From positions 1 to 47,561 of the forward strand of contig CAYPCE010000008.1 of NCBI GenBank assembly GCA_964409085.1: DNA of 47,561 nucleotides, given 5' to 3'. Shown piece after piece: positions 28,748 to 41,052 of the stretch. Within the stretch, counting starts at the first letter, position 1. Each line of letters opens with the position of its first letter. A program made the translations under genes and the position numbers. Source of the stretch: an uncultured Desulfobacteraceae bacterium (GTDB taxonomy: Bacteria; Desulfobacterota; Desulfobacteria; Desulfobacterales; JAABSP01). The notes under the pieces are model-generated. The model saw only the letters and a list, made by a program, of their open reading frames with translations. It made no database searches and was not told the DNA's origin.

Positions 28748-31677
28748 TGAGCGTCTCCAGCGGAGCGGATCAGCTCCATAATCGTCGCATATTCAAAATC
28801 GTCCACCAGGCGGCCGAGGGCGTCGGCGAGTCTTGGATCATGGGCCCGGACGGCGTCGAGGGCCCCGGCGATGCGGTCCATGTTGACCCGGGCCACGGCG
28901 TCCGACAGATCCTGGCGGAGGTCGGGGGGCAGGGCCGCCATGGCTTCCGGCGTAGGGGCGGCGGCGTCGGGTTCCGGCCCGTCCGGGGTCGTTTCCTCGT
29001 CCAGCAGATACCGGAGCCCCAGGTGCTTTTCCATGGCGTCGAAGATTTCCGACTCGCGGAACGGCTTCCGCACGAAATCGTCGCAACCGGCCGACAGGAC
29101 GACGGCCCGCTGTTCGTCGAAGGCGCTGGCCGTCAGGGCGATGACGGCCGTGGCCTGCCCCTTGGCCGTGGCCTTGATCCGCTTCGTGGCCTCGTACCCG
29201 TCCATGACCGGCATCCGCATGTCCATCCAGATGAGGTGGGGATCCCAGGATTCCCAGATCTCCAACGCCTCCGCGCCGTTTTCCGCTGTTTTGACGGCAA
29301 AGCCGATGGGGGACAGCAGCTTTTCCATCAAATGGCGGTTGGTCATCCGGTCGTCGACCACCAGGATCCGGCATTCGGCCTGATCCGGCGCCAGTCCGAC
29401 CACCCGGCGGGCGGGGCCGGTCTCCGGCGCATCGGCGGCGTCGGCGACCACCGCCGCGATCGAAAATGAGAAGACCGCGCCCCGGCCCACTTCGCTCCTG
29501 ACCGTCATGTCGCCGCCCATCATCCGGGCGAATTTCCGGCTGATGGCCAGTCCGAGCCCCGTCCCTTGCTGGGATTTCCGGCCGGTTTCCGTCTGGACAA
29601 AGGCGTCGAAAAGGGTTTCGGTTTCCTCGGCGGTGATGCCGGGCCCCGTGTCCTCGATTTCAAAGAGCAGGACGACGCGTTCGTCCGGCGCCGGCGGCGC
29701 GTCCACCGGCGGTTGAACGCCGACCCGCACCGCGACGCCGCCTTCCTCCGTGAATTTGAGCGCGTTGCTCAGCAGGTTGACGAGGATCTGGCGGAGCCGG
29801 CCCTCGTCGGTCCGGACGAACCGGGGCGCGTCGTCGGCCGTCTCCACCAGAAACCGCAGCCCCTTCTCCTTCGACCGCATTCGGAACATCTCCTGGATGT
29901 CGGCCATGAGGCGCGGCAGCTCGAAGTTCGTTTCGTGGAGGGTGATACGGCCGGCTTCGATCTTGGACAGGTCGAGCACGTCGTTGATGAGCATCAGCAG
30001 ATGCTCGCCGCTTCGCAGGATGACGTCGATGGTCTCCCGGTGCTCGGCGGGGAGATCGGTCCGCTTGGCCAGCAACTGGGAAAAGCCCATGATGGCGTTC
30101 AGCGGCGTGCGCAGTTCATGGCTCATGTTGGCCAGAAAGACGCTTTTGGCCTGGTTGGCGATTTCAGCGGCCCGTTTGGCGTCGGTCAGCTCGGCGGTCC
30201 GTTCCTCGACTTTTCGCTTGAGGGTTTCCGCATGGCCTTCCAGCTCCGCGTTGGCGGCCTGGAGGGCCTCTTCCGCCGCTTTCCGGACCGACACCTCCTC
30301 CCGGAGCTGGTCCGTGCGGCGCTGGATTTTGCCGGCGGCCTCCCGCAGATTCCGGATCATGCCGTCGATGGCGTTGCCCAGGGCGTCGTGGGCCGAACGG
30401 GGTTGGACGTCGATCGTCAGGTCGCCCTGGGAGACGCTCGTCGCGGCGTCGGCCATCTCCATGAGATACCGGGTCATCCGCCCGTAGGCCTCCCGGGTCT
30501 CCAGGAGCCTTTCGACGATCTCGTTGAAGGCGGCGGCGGTCTGGCCCACCTCGTCCTGGAGGTCCACCGACAGCGGGACGGCCGTCACCGTAAAATCGGA
30601 CCGGATGTCTCCCTCGGACAGGCGCGACATCCGGCGGCTCAGGGTCTTCAGGTCCGTGTGGGCCACATCCTGGGATGCGCGCATGACCCGTTGCAGGGGC
30701 CGGGTCATCTTCCGGGACAGCAACAGGCCGATGACAAGGCCCATCGTGATGGCGACCAGGGTGGCCCCCAGCAGCTCGATCCGCGTGTCGTCGGCCAGCT
30801 TCCGGGAAAACCGGTTGTACCGGCCGTAGGCCGCTTCGATGTCGGCCGCGATGGCCGCCGCCGCGCGGCTGATGTCGGATTCGATGACGTCGAGTTCCTC
30901 GGCGAACAGTTTCTGGAGGCGCTTGTAATCGTTCCGCACCGTCCCAAATTCCTTGAAATACGTGTCCACGGCCGCGGCGGCCGCGGCGGCGTTGTCTTTC
31001 ATGGACGGTTCTTCGAGGGCCTTGGCCAGAAAGCCGAGAAACCGCTTGACGACCCAGTATCCTTTGCTGAAAGAGGCCATATGGCGCGGGTCGCCCTCTT
31101 CGAGAAAGCGGGTCGCGTTGAGCCGCATCATGTGGAACCCGTCCCGGGCGTTGCCGTAGGCCAGGAAGACATCCGACGCATTCTGGGAGTTGACGCCCAC
31201 CCGGATGGCCGACAGCTTCTGTTCGATGAGCAGTTCCTGTTCGTTGAGGATGGTGGAAAGCAGCCGCTGCCGCCGCCCGATAAGACCGGTGATTTCCGAG
31301 AACGTCTCCTCGTAGTCGGCGACCGAGGACGCGATGCGGCGGACTTTTTCCTCCCAGGCGGGGTCGTCCGCCCGGCTTTCGGCCCTGGACAACAGGTCTT
31401 CAAGGGCGTCGATTTGGGTGTTGAACGCGTCGATGTCGGACTGAAGGTGGGACCGGACGTACCGGTAGGCGTGAAACCGGGCCGACAGCACGCCGGTGAT
31501 GATTTCCTGGGCGATCTGGCGGCTGACGGCAAGGCGATTCGTCAGTTCATCCATCGTCCGGCCCAGCCGGTCGAGCCGGCTTAACGCCAAAATGCAGACG
31601 GCGGTCATGATCACCAGGGGGACCATGAACCCCAGGATCAGCCGGGCGCTCAGCCGTCGCCGGAAAAATTGGATCAT
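28744..31677 (-). CDS. Periplasmic-sensor hybrid histidine kinase (TM-sensor-HAMP-HisKA-HATPase_c-REC-C-terminal helical domain)
   Basis: TM segment, then a ~280-aa periplasmic region, a second TM segment and HAMP. H-box ([12 protein letters not shown]), ATPase (DTGPGI; GTGLGLAIS) and a receiver ([13 protein letters not shown]). A start at ATG 31677 (MIQFF...) would overlap the solute-binding protein stop as ATGA. Confidence 0.8.
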
Positions 31678-32954
31678 CGCGTCCGGCCGCAGGTTTGGGC
31701 TGGCGGGTACCATTGGGCCAGGCCCGCCTGAAGGCTGTCCGCCGCCCGCCGGGGCGTCTCTTCCCCGTTGAGGACGGCCAGGGCGGCGCGCTGCATGAGG
31801 GAATAGGCGTCCGGCGACCCGTCGCGGATCGCCTCCCAGGCGAACCGGACGTCGGCGCCGCGGTCGGCGTTGAGGCCCAGAAACGCGTTGGCGTGGGCGT
31901 TATCGAGGCGCGGAACGTCGGTGTGCATGGGAAAAAAGCCCGGCAGCTCGTTGCCCATGAGGGCCGCGAATTCGGGCGTCGTCATCCATTCCAGAAATTG
32001 TCTGGCTTCGGCCTTGTGGGTCGAATGGGCGTTGAGCCCCATGCCCGCGTCCAGGTGAAACGTGATGTAGGCGCCGCTTCCCTTGGGCGGCGGCACGGCG
32101 AAAACCGACCATTGGAAGGGCGGATTCTCGGATTCGAAAAAGGGAATGTCCCACGACCCGCCCATCCACATGGCCGCCTTTCCCTGGACGAACAATTGCA
32201 GGCTGTCGGCGTACATGAAAAACGGATGGTTTTTGGGGAAATAGGGCGCCAGATCCTCTAATGCGGCGAAGGCCGCCGTCATCCGGTCGTCGTTGAAGCA
32301 CCGCTCGCCGGACAGATAGGCCTTGCGGCCCTCGCGGCCGCCGATAAAATTGGGGATCAGGTTCATGAGGACGATTTCATTGATCGTCCAGGGATCCCCG
32401 GAGGCATTGGCGAACGGCGTGACGCCGGCCTTTTTGATGCTTTGCGCGGTTTCCAAAAAGGCGCTCCATGACGCGGGCACGTTCAGGCCCAGGCGCTCGA
32501 ATATATCGATGTTATAGTAAACGCCGTGGGACGTGGCGATGAACGGCACCCCGTAGGGGACGCCGTCTTCCGTCGACCAGGGCTCCCGCATGGCGGGGCG
32601 GAACCGTTCTTTCAGCGACGCCATGTCGTTCAAGGGGGCGACATGACCGGCGTCGAAGAGCCGCCGGCCCACGGAATAGGACCGGAGGTAGAAGAGGTCC
32701 GGCCCGCCGCCGTCTTCCAGTTGGGACCGCAGGGCGGCGTCGTATTCCGACGGCGTGGTGGGGTCGAAGGTGATGTCGATGGCCGGGTGCAGGGCGTGGA
32801 ACCGGTCCAGTATCCGGTTCATGCGGGGGGCGTCTTCCGACCGCCAGGAGCCCATGGTGAGGACGACGGTCTCCCGGGCGGCGGCGACGTCAATGTCGCG
32901 AGCCGCGCAGAAGGTCAGATAAACGGCGAAGATCAAGAATGGAAACCGTTTCAT
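31674..32954 (-). CDS. Periplasmic solute-binding protein (ABC-type family 1, sugar-type) with no cognate permease/ATPase genes
   Basis: Signal peptide ([18 protein letters not shown]). Family-1 solute-binding fold indicators throughout (GGGPDLFYL; WMGGSWD). An internal start at ATG 32954 is chosen; the 53-codon upstream extension is Arg/Pro-rich. Confidence 0.75.
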   Translation of the reverse strand: MKRFPFLIFAVYLTFCAARDIDVAAARETVVLTMGSWRSEDAPRMNRILDRFHALHPAIDITFDPTTPSEYDAALRSQLEDGGGPDLFYLRSYSVGRRLFDAGHVAPLNDMASLKERFRPAMREPWSTEDGVPYGVPFIATSHGVYYNIDIFERLGLNVPASWSAFLETAQSIKKAGVTPFANASGDPWTINEIVLMNLIPNFIGGREGRKAYLSGERCFNDDRMTAAFAALEDLAPYFPKNHPFFMYADSLQLFVQGKAAMWMGGSWDIPFFESENPPFQWSVFAVPPPKGSGAYITFHLDAGMGLNAHSTHKAEARQFLEWMTTPEFAALMGNELPGFFPMHTDVPRLDNAHANAFLGLNADRGADVRFAWEAIRDGSPDAYSLMQRAALAVLNGEETPRRAADSLQAGLAQWYPPAQTCGRTR

Positions 32955-33159
32955 TGGCATATTCTCCAGTGGTTTTCGATTGTGCCTGCCCGCGGGGCGT
33001 CCTCGTCGGAAACGCGCCGCCAATGGCGTACGATTTTGCGGCAGTGGCGGACTGCGGGTGGCCCCGGCAAAGGGCATAGTGGGAACTATACCAACTGCCA
33101 CTCTCTTTTTCAATCGCCGAAATTGGATCGATGTTGGGAAAGGGGTTGACGGTTTTGGG

Positions 33160-34284
33160 TCAACCGCGCCAGAACGGCCTCGCCAACTCCGCCGTCTCCT
33201 CCGGCGCGTTGAAGGTGGCCATGTCCCCCAGCATCACCTCGAAGCCCGTATGATCGCTTCGAACCCAGGCAGCGTAATTGGACCGGACCACCATCACCGT
33301 CCGGAGTTCCAGGCCGCTGTCGGGCTTCTCCACCGTCAGCAGTCCCAAATTGTAGCCGTTTCGGAACAGATGCCGGTAGAACCGCTGGGCGTTGAGCACC
33401 CCTTCCGCCAGATCGGCCCAGCGGGTTTCGCCCACGTCCTGGATTGAGAACACGCCGGGCAAAATGCCCCAGATTTCATAGAACCCTTCGGGCGCATAGG
33501 CCGCCATCCATTCCCAGTCGCCCGTCCGCCCGATGTAGCGGGCCCCGTCCCGCCGCTCATGATCCAGGTAGTCGGAGAAGATCCCCCTTCCGACGGCGTT
33601 TCGGTAATCCGCCGAGCGTTTCCGGAGGAATCGGTGGTGGTTCGAGGCGTACCGGTCGGCCTGGACCTGGAGGTGGGGATGGACAAGCGACCCGCCCGCC
33701 GACGGCAGATGATTCTGGGTGATGGCCTGGAAGACGGCTTCCGGGTCGTGGGTCAGCACCTTTTTCAGGTATGCGGCGCAGTTGGTGAAGCAGTCGGCGT
33801 AGCTTTGGGACGACGCCGAGCCGATCTCCACGAAATGGCGATCGTCGAAAAGACTCACCGCCGAATAGGCGCCGTAGGGGAAAAGGTTGGGGAACAGCAG
33901 CGACGCCGACCGCCGCACTCGGTCGCCCCCGGCCAGTTCCGGAATCAGTCTGGGCGTCTGCTGTTCCACCTGGGGCCGGCAGAAGGGGCAGTCGGCGGTG
34001 TTCCCGGCGTCCGGCGGTGGCGCCGGGAGTTCACGGGTCCCCGGCTCCCGTTCGCCGGATCGGCTGTAGGTGATCCGGCAGGTCCGGCCAGTGATGGGGT
34101 GGGTCCGGATTTCGATCCGCCGGTCGGTTCGCTCTCCCGACGGATCGACGAAGGCGGCGGTGATCTCCCGGCAATCGAACCGGAGGACGTCGCTTTTGAT
34201 GGTCGCGTCCAAGAGGTGGGGCCCTTTCCTGGGGTTGGGATGATCGGAAACTCGGGTTTCGCGCATGCTGTTGGTACTGTTCAT
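33160..34284 (-). CDS. Galactose-1-phosphate uridylyltransferase-like HIT-superfamily nucleotidyltransferase
   Basis: Zinc-knuckle motif (CPFC) and a HIT-type HxHxQ motif (HPHLQVQ). Size ~370 aa. Confidence 0.6.
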   Translation of the reverse strand: MNSTNSMRETRVSDHPNPRKGPHLLDATIKSDVLRFDCREITAAFVDPSGERTDRRIEIRTHPITGRTCRITYSRSGEREPGTRELPAPPPDAGNTADCPFCRPQVEQQTPRLIPELAGGDRVRRSASLLFPNLFPYGAYSAVSLFDDRHFVEIGSASSQSYADCFTNCAAYLKKVLTHDPEAVFQAITQNHLPSAGGSLVHPHLQVQADRYASNHHRFLRKRSADYRNAVGRGIFSDYLDHERRDGARYIGRTGDWEWMAAYAPEGFYEIWGILPGVFSIQDVGETRWADLAEGVLNAQRFYRHLFRNGYNLGLLTVEKPDSGLELRTVMVVRSNYAAWVRSDHTGFEVMLGDMATFNAPEETAELARPFWRG

Positions 34285-34327
34285 GACTCATGGTCGGGAC
34301 GATTATGGTTCATATACAAAATGAACG

Positions 34328-35233
34328 CTACACCATCACCCGGTCCCGGCCCGTCAGCTTGGCCTTATAGAGCATCTGATCCGCCAGATCGATGAAGGCT
34401 TTGGGGGATTCTCCCTCCTGGGGCACGACGCAGGCGGCGCCGATGCTGACGGTGACGGTGTCCGCCGCTTCGGAGTATTCGTGTTTGATCCCCAGCCGTT
34501 TCACCGCGGTTCGGATTTCCCTGGCGGTGATCGTCGCGCCGCCGCAGTCCGTCTCCGGCAGCAGGACGGCGAACTCCTCCCCACCGTAGCGGGCGACGAA
34601 ATCCCCCGGCCGTCTCAGGGAATCCTTGAGGGTATTGGCGATTTGCTTCAGGCACTCATCCCCGGCCCCATGGCCGTAGTGGTCGTTGTAGGGTTTAAAG
34701 TAATCGATATCGACCATCAAACAGGAAAACTCTTTGCGGGACCGCATGCAACGTCGCCATTCCTTTGCGAGCAGGGTTTCGAAGGAGTGACGATTGGGGA
34801 TTTCCGTCAGCCCGTCCAGCAACGCGAGTTTTTCCAACAGGTCATATTTCCGTTTGAGGTCCATATGGGTACGCACCCGGGCCGCTACGATGGGGAACTG
34901 AAACGGCTTTGTGATATAGTCGACCGCCCCCAGGGAAAGGCCATGGAGTTCATCCGCCATGTGATCTTTGGCCGTGATGAAGATGACCGGAATGTCTTTC
35001 GTTCGGCTGTCCATCTTCAATTGTCGGCAAACCGCGTACCCATCCATTTCCGGCATCATCACATCCAGGAGAATCAAGTCGGGAAGCGGATTGGAGGCAA
35101 CGATTTCAAGGGCTTTTTCCCCCCGCGTGGCAATCTTGACGACGTACTCATTGCTCAGGCCTTCGGCCAGCACCTGGATATTCAATGGATTGTCATCGAC
35201 AATGAGCACCTGCTGTCTCCGATCTTCAGTCAT
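34328..35233 (-). CDS. Response regulator with a GGDEF output domain (PleD/WspR-like diguanylate cyclase)
   Basis: Receiver (VLIVDDNPLNIQVL...LILLDVMMPEMDG) and GGDEF (YGGEEFAVLL; the RxxD I-site region is present). The start is coupled as ATGA to the upstream kinase stop. Confidence 0.85.
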   Translation of the reverse strand: MTEDRRQQVLIVDDNPLNIQVLAEGLSNEYVVKIATRGEKALEIVASNPLPDLILLDVMMPEMDGYAVCRQLKMDSRTKDIPVIFITAKDHMADELHGLSLGAVDYITKPFQFPIVAARVRTHMDLKRKYDLLEKLALLDGLTEIPNRHSFETLLAKEWRRCMRSRKEFSCLMVDIDYFKPYNDHYGHGAGDECLKQIANTLKDSLRRPGDFVARYGGEEFAVLLPETDCGGATITAREIRTAVKRLGIKHEYSEAADTVTVSIGAACVVPQEGESPKAFIDLADQMLYKAKLTGRDRVMV

Positions 35234-37811
35234 GATCCTTTCCTTCCGGTGTTTCTCCGAGCGCTGCTGTCAGGACCTGCATCATGTCTTTGACAACCGC
35301 CAGGGCCTCGTCGTAGTTGAAACTCGATAGGGACCGCCAAAGCCGGTCCAAGCTCGCCCGTCGATCCGGTGCGAACCGTCCCCACGGTTCAACCAGTCCA
35401 TCGAGGATCGCGACGTCGATGTATTCGTTTTCCCGGATGCGGGACTGAAGGACGCTCAGATCTTGGTGAATCGACCGGGGATCCACGGATTCTCTTTTTT
35501 CCCCGGAAGGCGATGCATCCAACAGGAACGAGCACCGATTCGCCGGCCGGCCGACGGGGCCTTCCCGGGGATCCGCATCATCAGCGGACTCCGAAACCGG
35601 GGGGTGCGCCCATTTGCGAACGACCGAAAAAAGCTGCTCAGGCTCAATGGGCTTGGGGATATAATCATTCATGCCGACCGCCAGGCATTTTTCCCGATCC
35701 CCTGTTACGGCATGGGCTGTGAGGGCAATGATGGGAAGCGACCGGTGGCGGGGGTCGGAACGGATGATGCGCGTGGCTTCCAACCCATCCATTTTGGGCA
35801 TCTGAATGTCCATCAACACCACATCATACCGTTTTTCCCGGATGGCAGCCACCGCTTCTTCCCCGTTGACGGCAAGCGTTACCTGACACCCGGCTTTCCG
35901 CAGATTCTCCCGGATCACCTGCTGATTGATATAATTGTCCTCGGCAACCAATACGTGCCCTTGAAGCGGCGCCACCGCCGGCGGTTCCTCATTATCGGTT
36001 TGGGACGTTTCTTCCAGCTCGCGGCTATGGGTGCTCATGGCCGCGACAACGGACTCATACAGAAGGCTCCGGCCGATGGGTTTGACCAGGAGCCCGTCAA
36101 CGGCCGTCCGTTCAACGTTCTCCAGCACCTCATCCCGGTTGAACGCCGTCATCATGATGATGGCGGGAGATTGGGGAATGCCCGGATGATGCCGCATCCG
36201 CTCGACGGCGTTGAACCCGTTCATGCCGGACACCTTGGCGTCCATCAACACCAGATCGAACGCCGACTCCTGGTCAGCAAGCCGCTCCAGCGCCTTTTCA
36301 CCGGTAGACACGGCCTCCACACTGAACCCGGCAGCGGATAGATGGGCGCACAGAATGTTTCGGGGATCGATGTTGTCGTCCACCACCAGAATCTTTTTTC
36401 CCTGGATTTCCCCGGGAATCGGGTAAGAATCGGTATCACAATCCCCATGGCACTGGAACCGGGCCGTAAAGGAGAAGGTGCTCCCCTGCCCGACCTCGCT
36501 GTCAACCCCGATGTCGCCCCCCATGAGCGCGATCAACTGCTTGGATATGGCCAGCCCCAGCCCCGTGCCGCCGTACCGGCGGGTGATGGAGGAATCGGCC
36601 TGGCTGAAGGAACGGAACAGCTTGTCGATCTGGGCCCGGGTGAGGCCGATGCCGGTGTCCCTCACCGTGAACCGGAGGGTGACGGCATTCCCTTCTGCAG
36701 TGCATTCCCGGTGGACGGTCTCGACCCCGACGACGATTTCGCCGGTTTCAGTGAATTTGACCGCATTGTTGGCCAGATTGGTCAGCACCTGGATCAGGCG
36801 GAGGGCATCGCCGTTGAGGTTGACGGGCACGTCGGCCTCCACAGCAAAAATCAGATCGATCCCCTTCCGGACCGCTTCCTCGCCGATGAGGTTGGACAGA
36901 TGGGCCAGGACGTCCTCCAGGTTGAAGGGGGCCTCCTCCAGGGTGAGGTTGCCCGATTCGATTTTGGAGAAGTCGAGGATATCGTTGATGATCCCCAGCA
37001 GGTTCCGGCTGGCGGACTGGATTTTCCGGACGTAATTGTGTTGCTTCGGCGACATCTCCGTCTGGAGCAGCAGATGCCCCAGGCCGGTGATGGCGTTCAT
37101 GGGGGTGCGGATCTCATGGCTCATGTTGGCCAGGAAATCGCTTTTGGCCTGGCTGGCGGCCTCGGCCTCCCGCTTGGCCACGGTGAGGGCTTTTTCGGTC
37201 TCGACCCAGCCACGGAGTTCCTCGTTGAGCGCCTCCATGTACCGGGCGTTTTGGAGGAGGATCCCCAGAAGCCCACCGGCCGTTTCCAGCAACTGGATCT
37301 CATCCTCCACCAAATCCCTTGTTGCCTCGGAAAAAAGGCACAGGATCCCCAGGGTCGTCTGTCCGGCCATGACCGGGATGGCGACTCCCATGGCGTATCC
37401 CGGATGCCGGGCCAGGGTCTCCAGGGGGGAGTCGGGCATGGCCGGCAGGTCCATCCGGATCACCCGGTGTTCCGGCACGGCGCACCCGGTCCACACCTCC
37501 CCGATCGCCAGCGTCCGCCCCTTTTCCAGGTATTCCAGCGGAAGGTTTCGCCAGGTCTGGAGAGACAACCCGTCGCCCTCCGGCTTCATCAAATAGACGG
37601 CCGCGGCCGGCATGGCCATGCGGTCCAGCAGCAGGGTCTGGGCCCGGGCCAGAATCCCGTCCACATCCGCGGACCGGGCCGTCTTCCGGAACAGGTCGTA
37701 GAGGGTGCGCACATTCTCCCGGCTCCGCTTCAGTGCGGCGTAAAGGTCCTCCGTTTCTTGCCGCGCCCCGCCGCTCTCCGGAAATTTCTCTGGTACGCTC
37801 AGTACCGTCAT
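35226..37811 (-). CDS. GAF-domain hybrid histidine kinase with two receiver domains
   Basis: N-terminal GAF, H-box ([12 protein letters not shown]), ATPase (DTGIGL; GTGLGLAIS), and two receivers ([12 protein letters not shown]; [13 protein letters not shown]). The start is taken at M28 (ATG 37811); the track ORF extends to 37892. Confidence 0.8.
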   Translation of the reverse strand: MTVLSVPEKFPESGGARQETEDLYAALKRSRENVRTLYDLFRKTARSADVDGILARAQTLLLDRMAMPAAAVYLMKPEGDGLSLQTWRNLPLEYLEKGRTLAIGEVWTGCAVPEHRVIRMDLPAMPDSPLETLARHPGYAMGVAIPVMAGQTTLGILCLFSEATRDLVEDEIQLLETAGGLLGILLQNARYMEALNEELRGWVETEKALTVAKREAEAASQAKSDFLANMSHEIRTPMNAITGLGHLLLQTEMSPKQHNYVRKIQSASRNLLGIINDILDFSKIESGNLTLEEAPFNLEDVLAHLSNLIGEEAVRKGIDLIFAVEADVPVNLNGDALRLIQVLTNLANNAVKFTETGEIVVGVETVHRECTAEGNAVTLRFTVRDTGIGLTRAQIDKLFRSFSQADSSITRRYGGTGLGLAISKQLIALMGGDIGVDSEVGQGSTFSFTARFQCHGDCDTDSYPIPGEIQGKKILVVDDNIDPRNILCAHLSAAGFSVEAVSTGEKALERLADQESAFDLVLMDAKVSGMNGFNAVERMRHHPGIPQSPAIIMMTAFNRDEVLENVERTAVDGLLVKPIGRSLLYESVVAAMSTHSRELEETSQTDNEEPPAVAPLQGHVLVAEDNYINQQVIRENLRKAGCQVTLAVNGEEAVAAIREKRYDVVLMDIQMPKMDGLEATRIIRSDPRHRSLPIIALTAHAVTGDREKCLAVGMNDYIPKPIEPEQLFSVVRKWAHPPVSESADDADPREGPVGRPANRCSFLLDASPSGEKRESVDPRSIHQDLSVLQSRIRENEYIDVAILDGLVEPWGRFAPDRRASLDRLWRSLSSFNYDEALAVVKDMMQVLTAALGETPEGKDHD

Positions 37812-37907
37812 GTTTTTTTCCGCATGCACCTGTCCGTCCCATGGGCCGTCCCGGCCATCCCGATGACAATGGATCGTCGAAAAATTTAACAACCGCGGTG
37901 CTGAAAA

Positions 37908-40900
37908 TCAATCTTTTTTAAGAAGGGATGGATACGAAGAGGGGCGCCCGGAGGACCGGAGCCGGTCCGCCAGCCCCTGGATGTCGGTCAGCGCCATATA
38001 GAGGCAGGGGACCAGAATCAGGATGATGAGCGTGGCGAAGAGCACGCCGAACCCCAGGGAGAGGGCCATGGGGATGAGGAACCGGGCCTGTCGGGAGGTC
38101 TCGAAAATCATGGGGGTGAGGCCGCCGAAAGTGGTCAGGGTGGTGAGCAGGATGGGCCGGAACCGGTGTTTCCCCGCGCCATGGACCGCGTCGTGGGCCG
38201 TCATGCCGGCCCGGCGTTTGCGGTTGGTGAAATCGATGAGGACCAGGGAATCGTTGACCACCACGCCGGACAGGGCCACGATGCCGAACATGGACAGGAT
38301 GCTCAGGCTGTATCCCATGATCAGGTGGCCGATGACCGCCCCCACGATGCCGAAGGGGACGGCGGTCATGATGATGGCCGGCTGGATGTAGCTGTTGAGG
38401 GGAATGGCCAGCATGGCGAAGATCACCGCCAGGGCCGTCAGCAGCCCCCGGAATAAGGCCGAGAGGCTCTCCCGGAGGTCCGCCTGCCGGCCTTCGAAGC
38501 TGAAGGAGAGCCCCGAGTATTTGGCCTCGAGGGCGGGGAGGGTCTCGGCCCGGATGGCCCGCAGGATTTCGCCGGCCCGGGACCGGGGCCGCACGTCGGC
38601 CTCCACCGTCACCACCCGGCGGCCGTCCCGGCGGACGATGTCGGTGTAGGCCCGGCCCCGCTTCAGGTCCACCGCCTCCCGGAGGGGGATCTCCCGGCCG
38701 CCGGGGGTCCGGAGGATCATCTCTTCCAGGCTCTGCTCCGACGCCCGTTCGGACCGGGGCAGACGGACCCGGACCGTCACCTCGTTGCGGCCCCGCTGCT
38801 GCCGCAGGACGTCCACCCCGTAGTAGGCATGGCGCACCTGCCGGGCCACGTCCCGGGACCGCAGCCCCAGGCTCCGGGCCTCGGGCCGGATCTGAAAATC
38901 GATCTGCTGCTTGCCCGGCGAGAACCCGTCGTCGATGTCGGTCACGTTGGGGTAATAGGCCAGGGCCGCGGCCACTTCGGCGCTGGCCTTTTCCAGGACG
39001 TCCATGGACCGGTGGCTCAGCTCCACCGACAGGGCCCCGCCCCGGCCCGGACCGCCGGCGTCCGACTCGAACCGGAGGGATTCCAGGCCGGGCATGTCCC
39101 CCACCCGCTGCCGCCACAGGGCCGTCAGCGCCGACGTGGACATGGGCCGCACATCCGGGGGCGTCAGGTAGATGCGGACCCGGGCTTCGTTGGCGTCGAT
39201 CTGGGCGAAGATCCCCTCCGCCAGGCCCTCTCCGCCATTTTCCGACACCACGGACCGGGCGGCCGCCACCAACCGCTGTTCCACCGCCTCGGTCCGCCCG
39301 AAGGCCGTGCCAAAGGGCAGCCGGGCCGTGACCTGGGCGTAATCGGATTCGATTTTGGGGAACAATTCAAACCCCAGCCGGCCGCTCCGGACATAACCGA
39401 CGGTGAGGATCAGCACCGCCAGGGCCGTTGCGATGGTCGCATACCGCCACCGGAGGCACCGGTCGAGAAAGGGGCCGTAGACCCTGTCCACGAACCGGAG
39501 AAACCCCCGGCTGAACCGCTGCTGCCACCGGGAGAGCCATCCCAGGGGGCCCCGGTCAAAGGAAAACCGCTGATGGGCGATGTGGCCCGGCAGGATGAGG
39601 AGGCTTTCCACGAGGGAAACGGCGAAGACGCTGATCACCACCACCGGGATCTGCTGGAAGATCTTGCCCATGAATCCCGGCACGAAAAACATCGGCATGA
39701 AGGCGACCATGTTGGTCAGCACGCTGAAGGTCACCGGCATGGTGATCTCCCGGGCCCCGACCACCGCGGCCCGGGGCCACGGGGCCCCCTCCTGATGATG
39801 GTGGTAGATGTTTTCGCCCACCACGATGGCGTCGTCCACCACGATGCCCAGGGAGACAATGAAGGCGAACATCGAGACCATGTTGATGGACAGGCCCACC
39901 GGCGACAGGATGAAAAACCCGCCCAGGAAAGAGATGGGAATGCCCAGGCTGACCCAGAAGGCCAGCCGGATCTCCAGAAACAAGGCCAGGAGGATGAAGA
40001 CCAGCCCCAGCCCGAAATACCCGTTTTTCACCAGCAGCCCCAGCCGTTGGCGATAGATGTCGGACCGGTCGCTGCGCAAATCCACCGACAGGCCCGGGGG
40101 CAGGGCCGCGTTGAATTCCGCCGCCACCTCCTTGACGGCGTCGGAGACCGAAATGGGTGTCTGGTCCCCGACCCGGAAGACCTCCAGGAGGACCGCCCGC
40201 AGGCCGTTGTAGGTCGCGATCCGGTCGGTCTCCTCGAACCCGTCATCAATGACGGCGATCTCCTCCAGGAGCACCTGGGCCCCGTCGGGGGCCGTGATGA
40301 TGGGGATCTGCCCGAACTCCCGCCCGTAGTCCCGCCGCTCCCGCATGCGGACGAGCACGTCGCCGCCGGGGGTCTTGATGGCGCCGGCCGGCAGTTCCAC
40401 CGAGGCCCGGCGGATCCGGTCGGCCACCTCCGCCAGGGTGAGACCGTAGGTCCGGAGGGCGTCCTGGGAGATCTCGATGCCGATCTCGTAGTCCCGCACG
40501 CCCTCCAGCCCCACCTGGGTGATCTCCGGGTGCTGGATGAGCCGGTCCCGCAGGCGTTCCGCATATTCCCGGAGCACCCGCTCGCTCTGGTCGCCGTAGA
40601 GGGCCAGGGAGACCACGTACCGCCGCCGGGCCGCCACCGTCACCTGGGGCTCTTCGGCATCGTCGGGAAAGGAGGTGATCCGGTCCACCTCGTTCTGGAT
40701 GTCCGAGGCCAGCTTTTGGATGTTTTCGCCTTCGACCATCTCCACGGTCACCGACGCCCGCCCCTCGCCGGCCACCGAGGTCACCTCCGCCACCCCCTCC
40801 AGCCCCTGGACCGCCTCTTCCACGGCCAGCACCACGCCCCGCTCCACCTCCTGGGGACTGGCGCCCGGATAGGCCACGGATATGGTGACGATGTCCAGAT

Positions 40901-41045
40901 CGAAATCGGGGAAGACCTCCTTCTTGATCCGGGTGGCCAGCATGAACCCGCCGATGAGCAGCACCAGCATCAGCAGGTTGGCGGTCACCGAATGGCCCGC
41001 CATCCAGGCGATGGGGCCGCGGCGGTGGGTTTTGGAGGAACTCAT
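37908..41045 (-). CDS. RND efflux pump inner-membrane permease (CzcA/CusA/AcrB-like, 1045 aa)
   Basis: Twelve-TM RND architecture with two large periplasmic loops and a typical N-terminus (ANLLMLVLLIGGF). The OMF-MFP-RND gene order matches the czcCBA-type layout. Confidence 0.9.
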   Translation of the reverse strand: MSSSKTHRRGPIAWMAGHSVTANLLMLVLLIGGFMLATRIKKEVFPDFDLDIVTISVAYPGASPQEVERGVVLAVEEAVQGLEGVAEVTSVAGEGRASVTVEMVEGENIQKLASDIQNEVDRITSFPDDAEEPQVTVAARRRYVVSLALYGDQSERVLREYAERLRDRLIQHPEITQVGLEGVRDYEIGIEISQDALRTYGLTLAEVADRIRRASVELPAGAIKTPGGDVLVRMRERRDYGREFGQIPIITAPDGAQVLLEEIAVIDDGFEETDRIATYNGLRAVLLEVFRVGDQTPISVSDAVKEVAAEFNAALPPGLSVDLRSDRSDIYRQRLGLLVKNGYFGLGLVFILLALFLEIRLAFWVSLGIPISFLGGFFILSPVGLSINMVSMFAFIVSLGIVVDDAIVVGENIYHHHQEGAPWPRAAVVGAREITMPVTFSVLTNMVAFMPMFFVPGFMGKIFQQIPVVVISVFAVSLVESLLILPGHIAHQRFSFDRGPLGWLSRWQQRFSRGFLRFVDRVYGPFLDRCLRWRYATIATALAVLILTVGYVRSGRLGFELFPKIESDYAQVTARLPFGTAFGRTEAVEQRLVAAARSVVSENGGEGLAEGIFAQIDANEARVRIYLTPPDVRPMSTSALTALWRQRVGDMPGLESLRFESDAGGPGRGGALSVELSHRSMDVLEKASAEVAAALAYYPNVTDIDDGFSPGKQQIDFQIRPEARSLGLRSRDVARQVRHAYYGVDVLRQQRGRNEVTVRVRLPRSERASEQSLEEMILRTPGGREIPLREAVDLKRGRAYTDIVRRDGRRVVTVEADVRPRSRAGEILRAIRAETLPALEAKYSGLSFSFEGRQADLRESLSALFRGLLTALAVIFAMLAIPLNSYIQPAIIMTAVPFGIVGAVIGHLIMGYSLSILSMFGIVALSGVVVNDSLVLIDFTNRKRRAGMTAHDAVHGAGKHRFRPILLTTLTTFGGLTPMIFETSRQARFLIPMALSLGFGVLFATLIILILVPCLYMALTDIQGLADRLRSSGRPSSYPSLLKKD

Positions 41046-41052
41046 GGCCGGA

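Noticed and set aside
29566-31584. 672-aa plus-strand ORF antisense to the 989-aa hybrid kinase
   Set aside because: Antisense artefact.
33145-33164. Hairpin GGTTGAC-ggttttgg-GTCAACC overlapping the GalT-like stop, as a terminator
   Set aside because: Only a 7-bp stem and no proper U-run on the transcribed strand. Too weak to call.
36342-37889. 515-aa plus-strand ORF antisense to the GAF hybrid kinase
   Set aside because: Antisense artefact.
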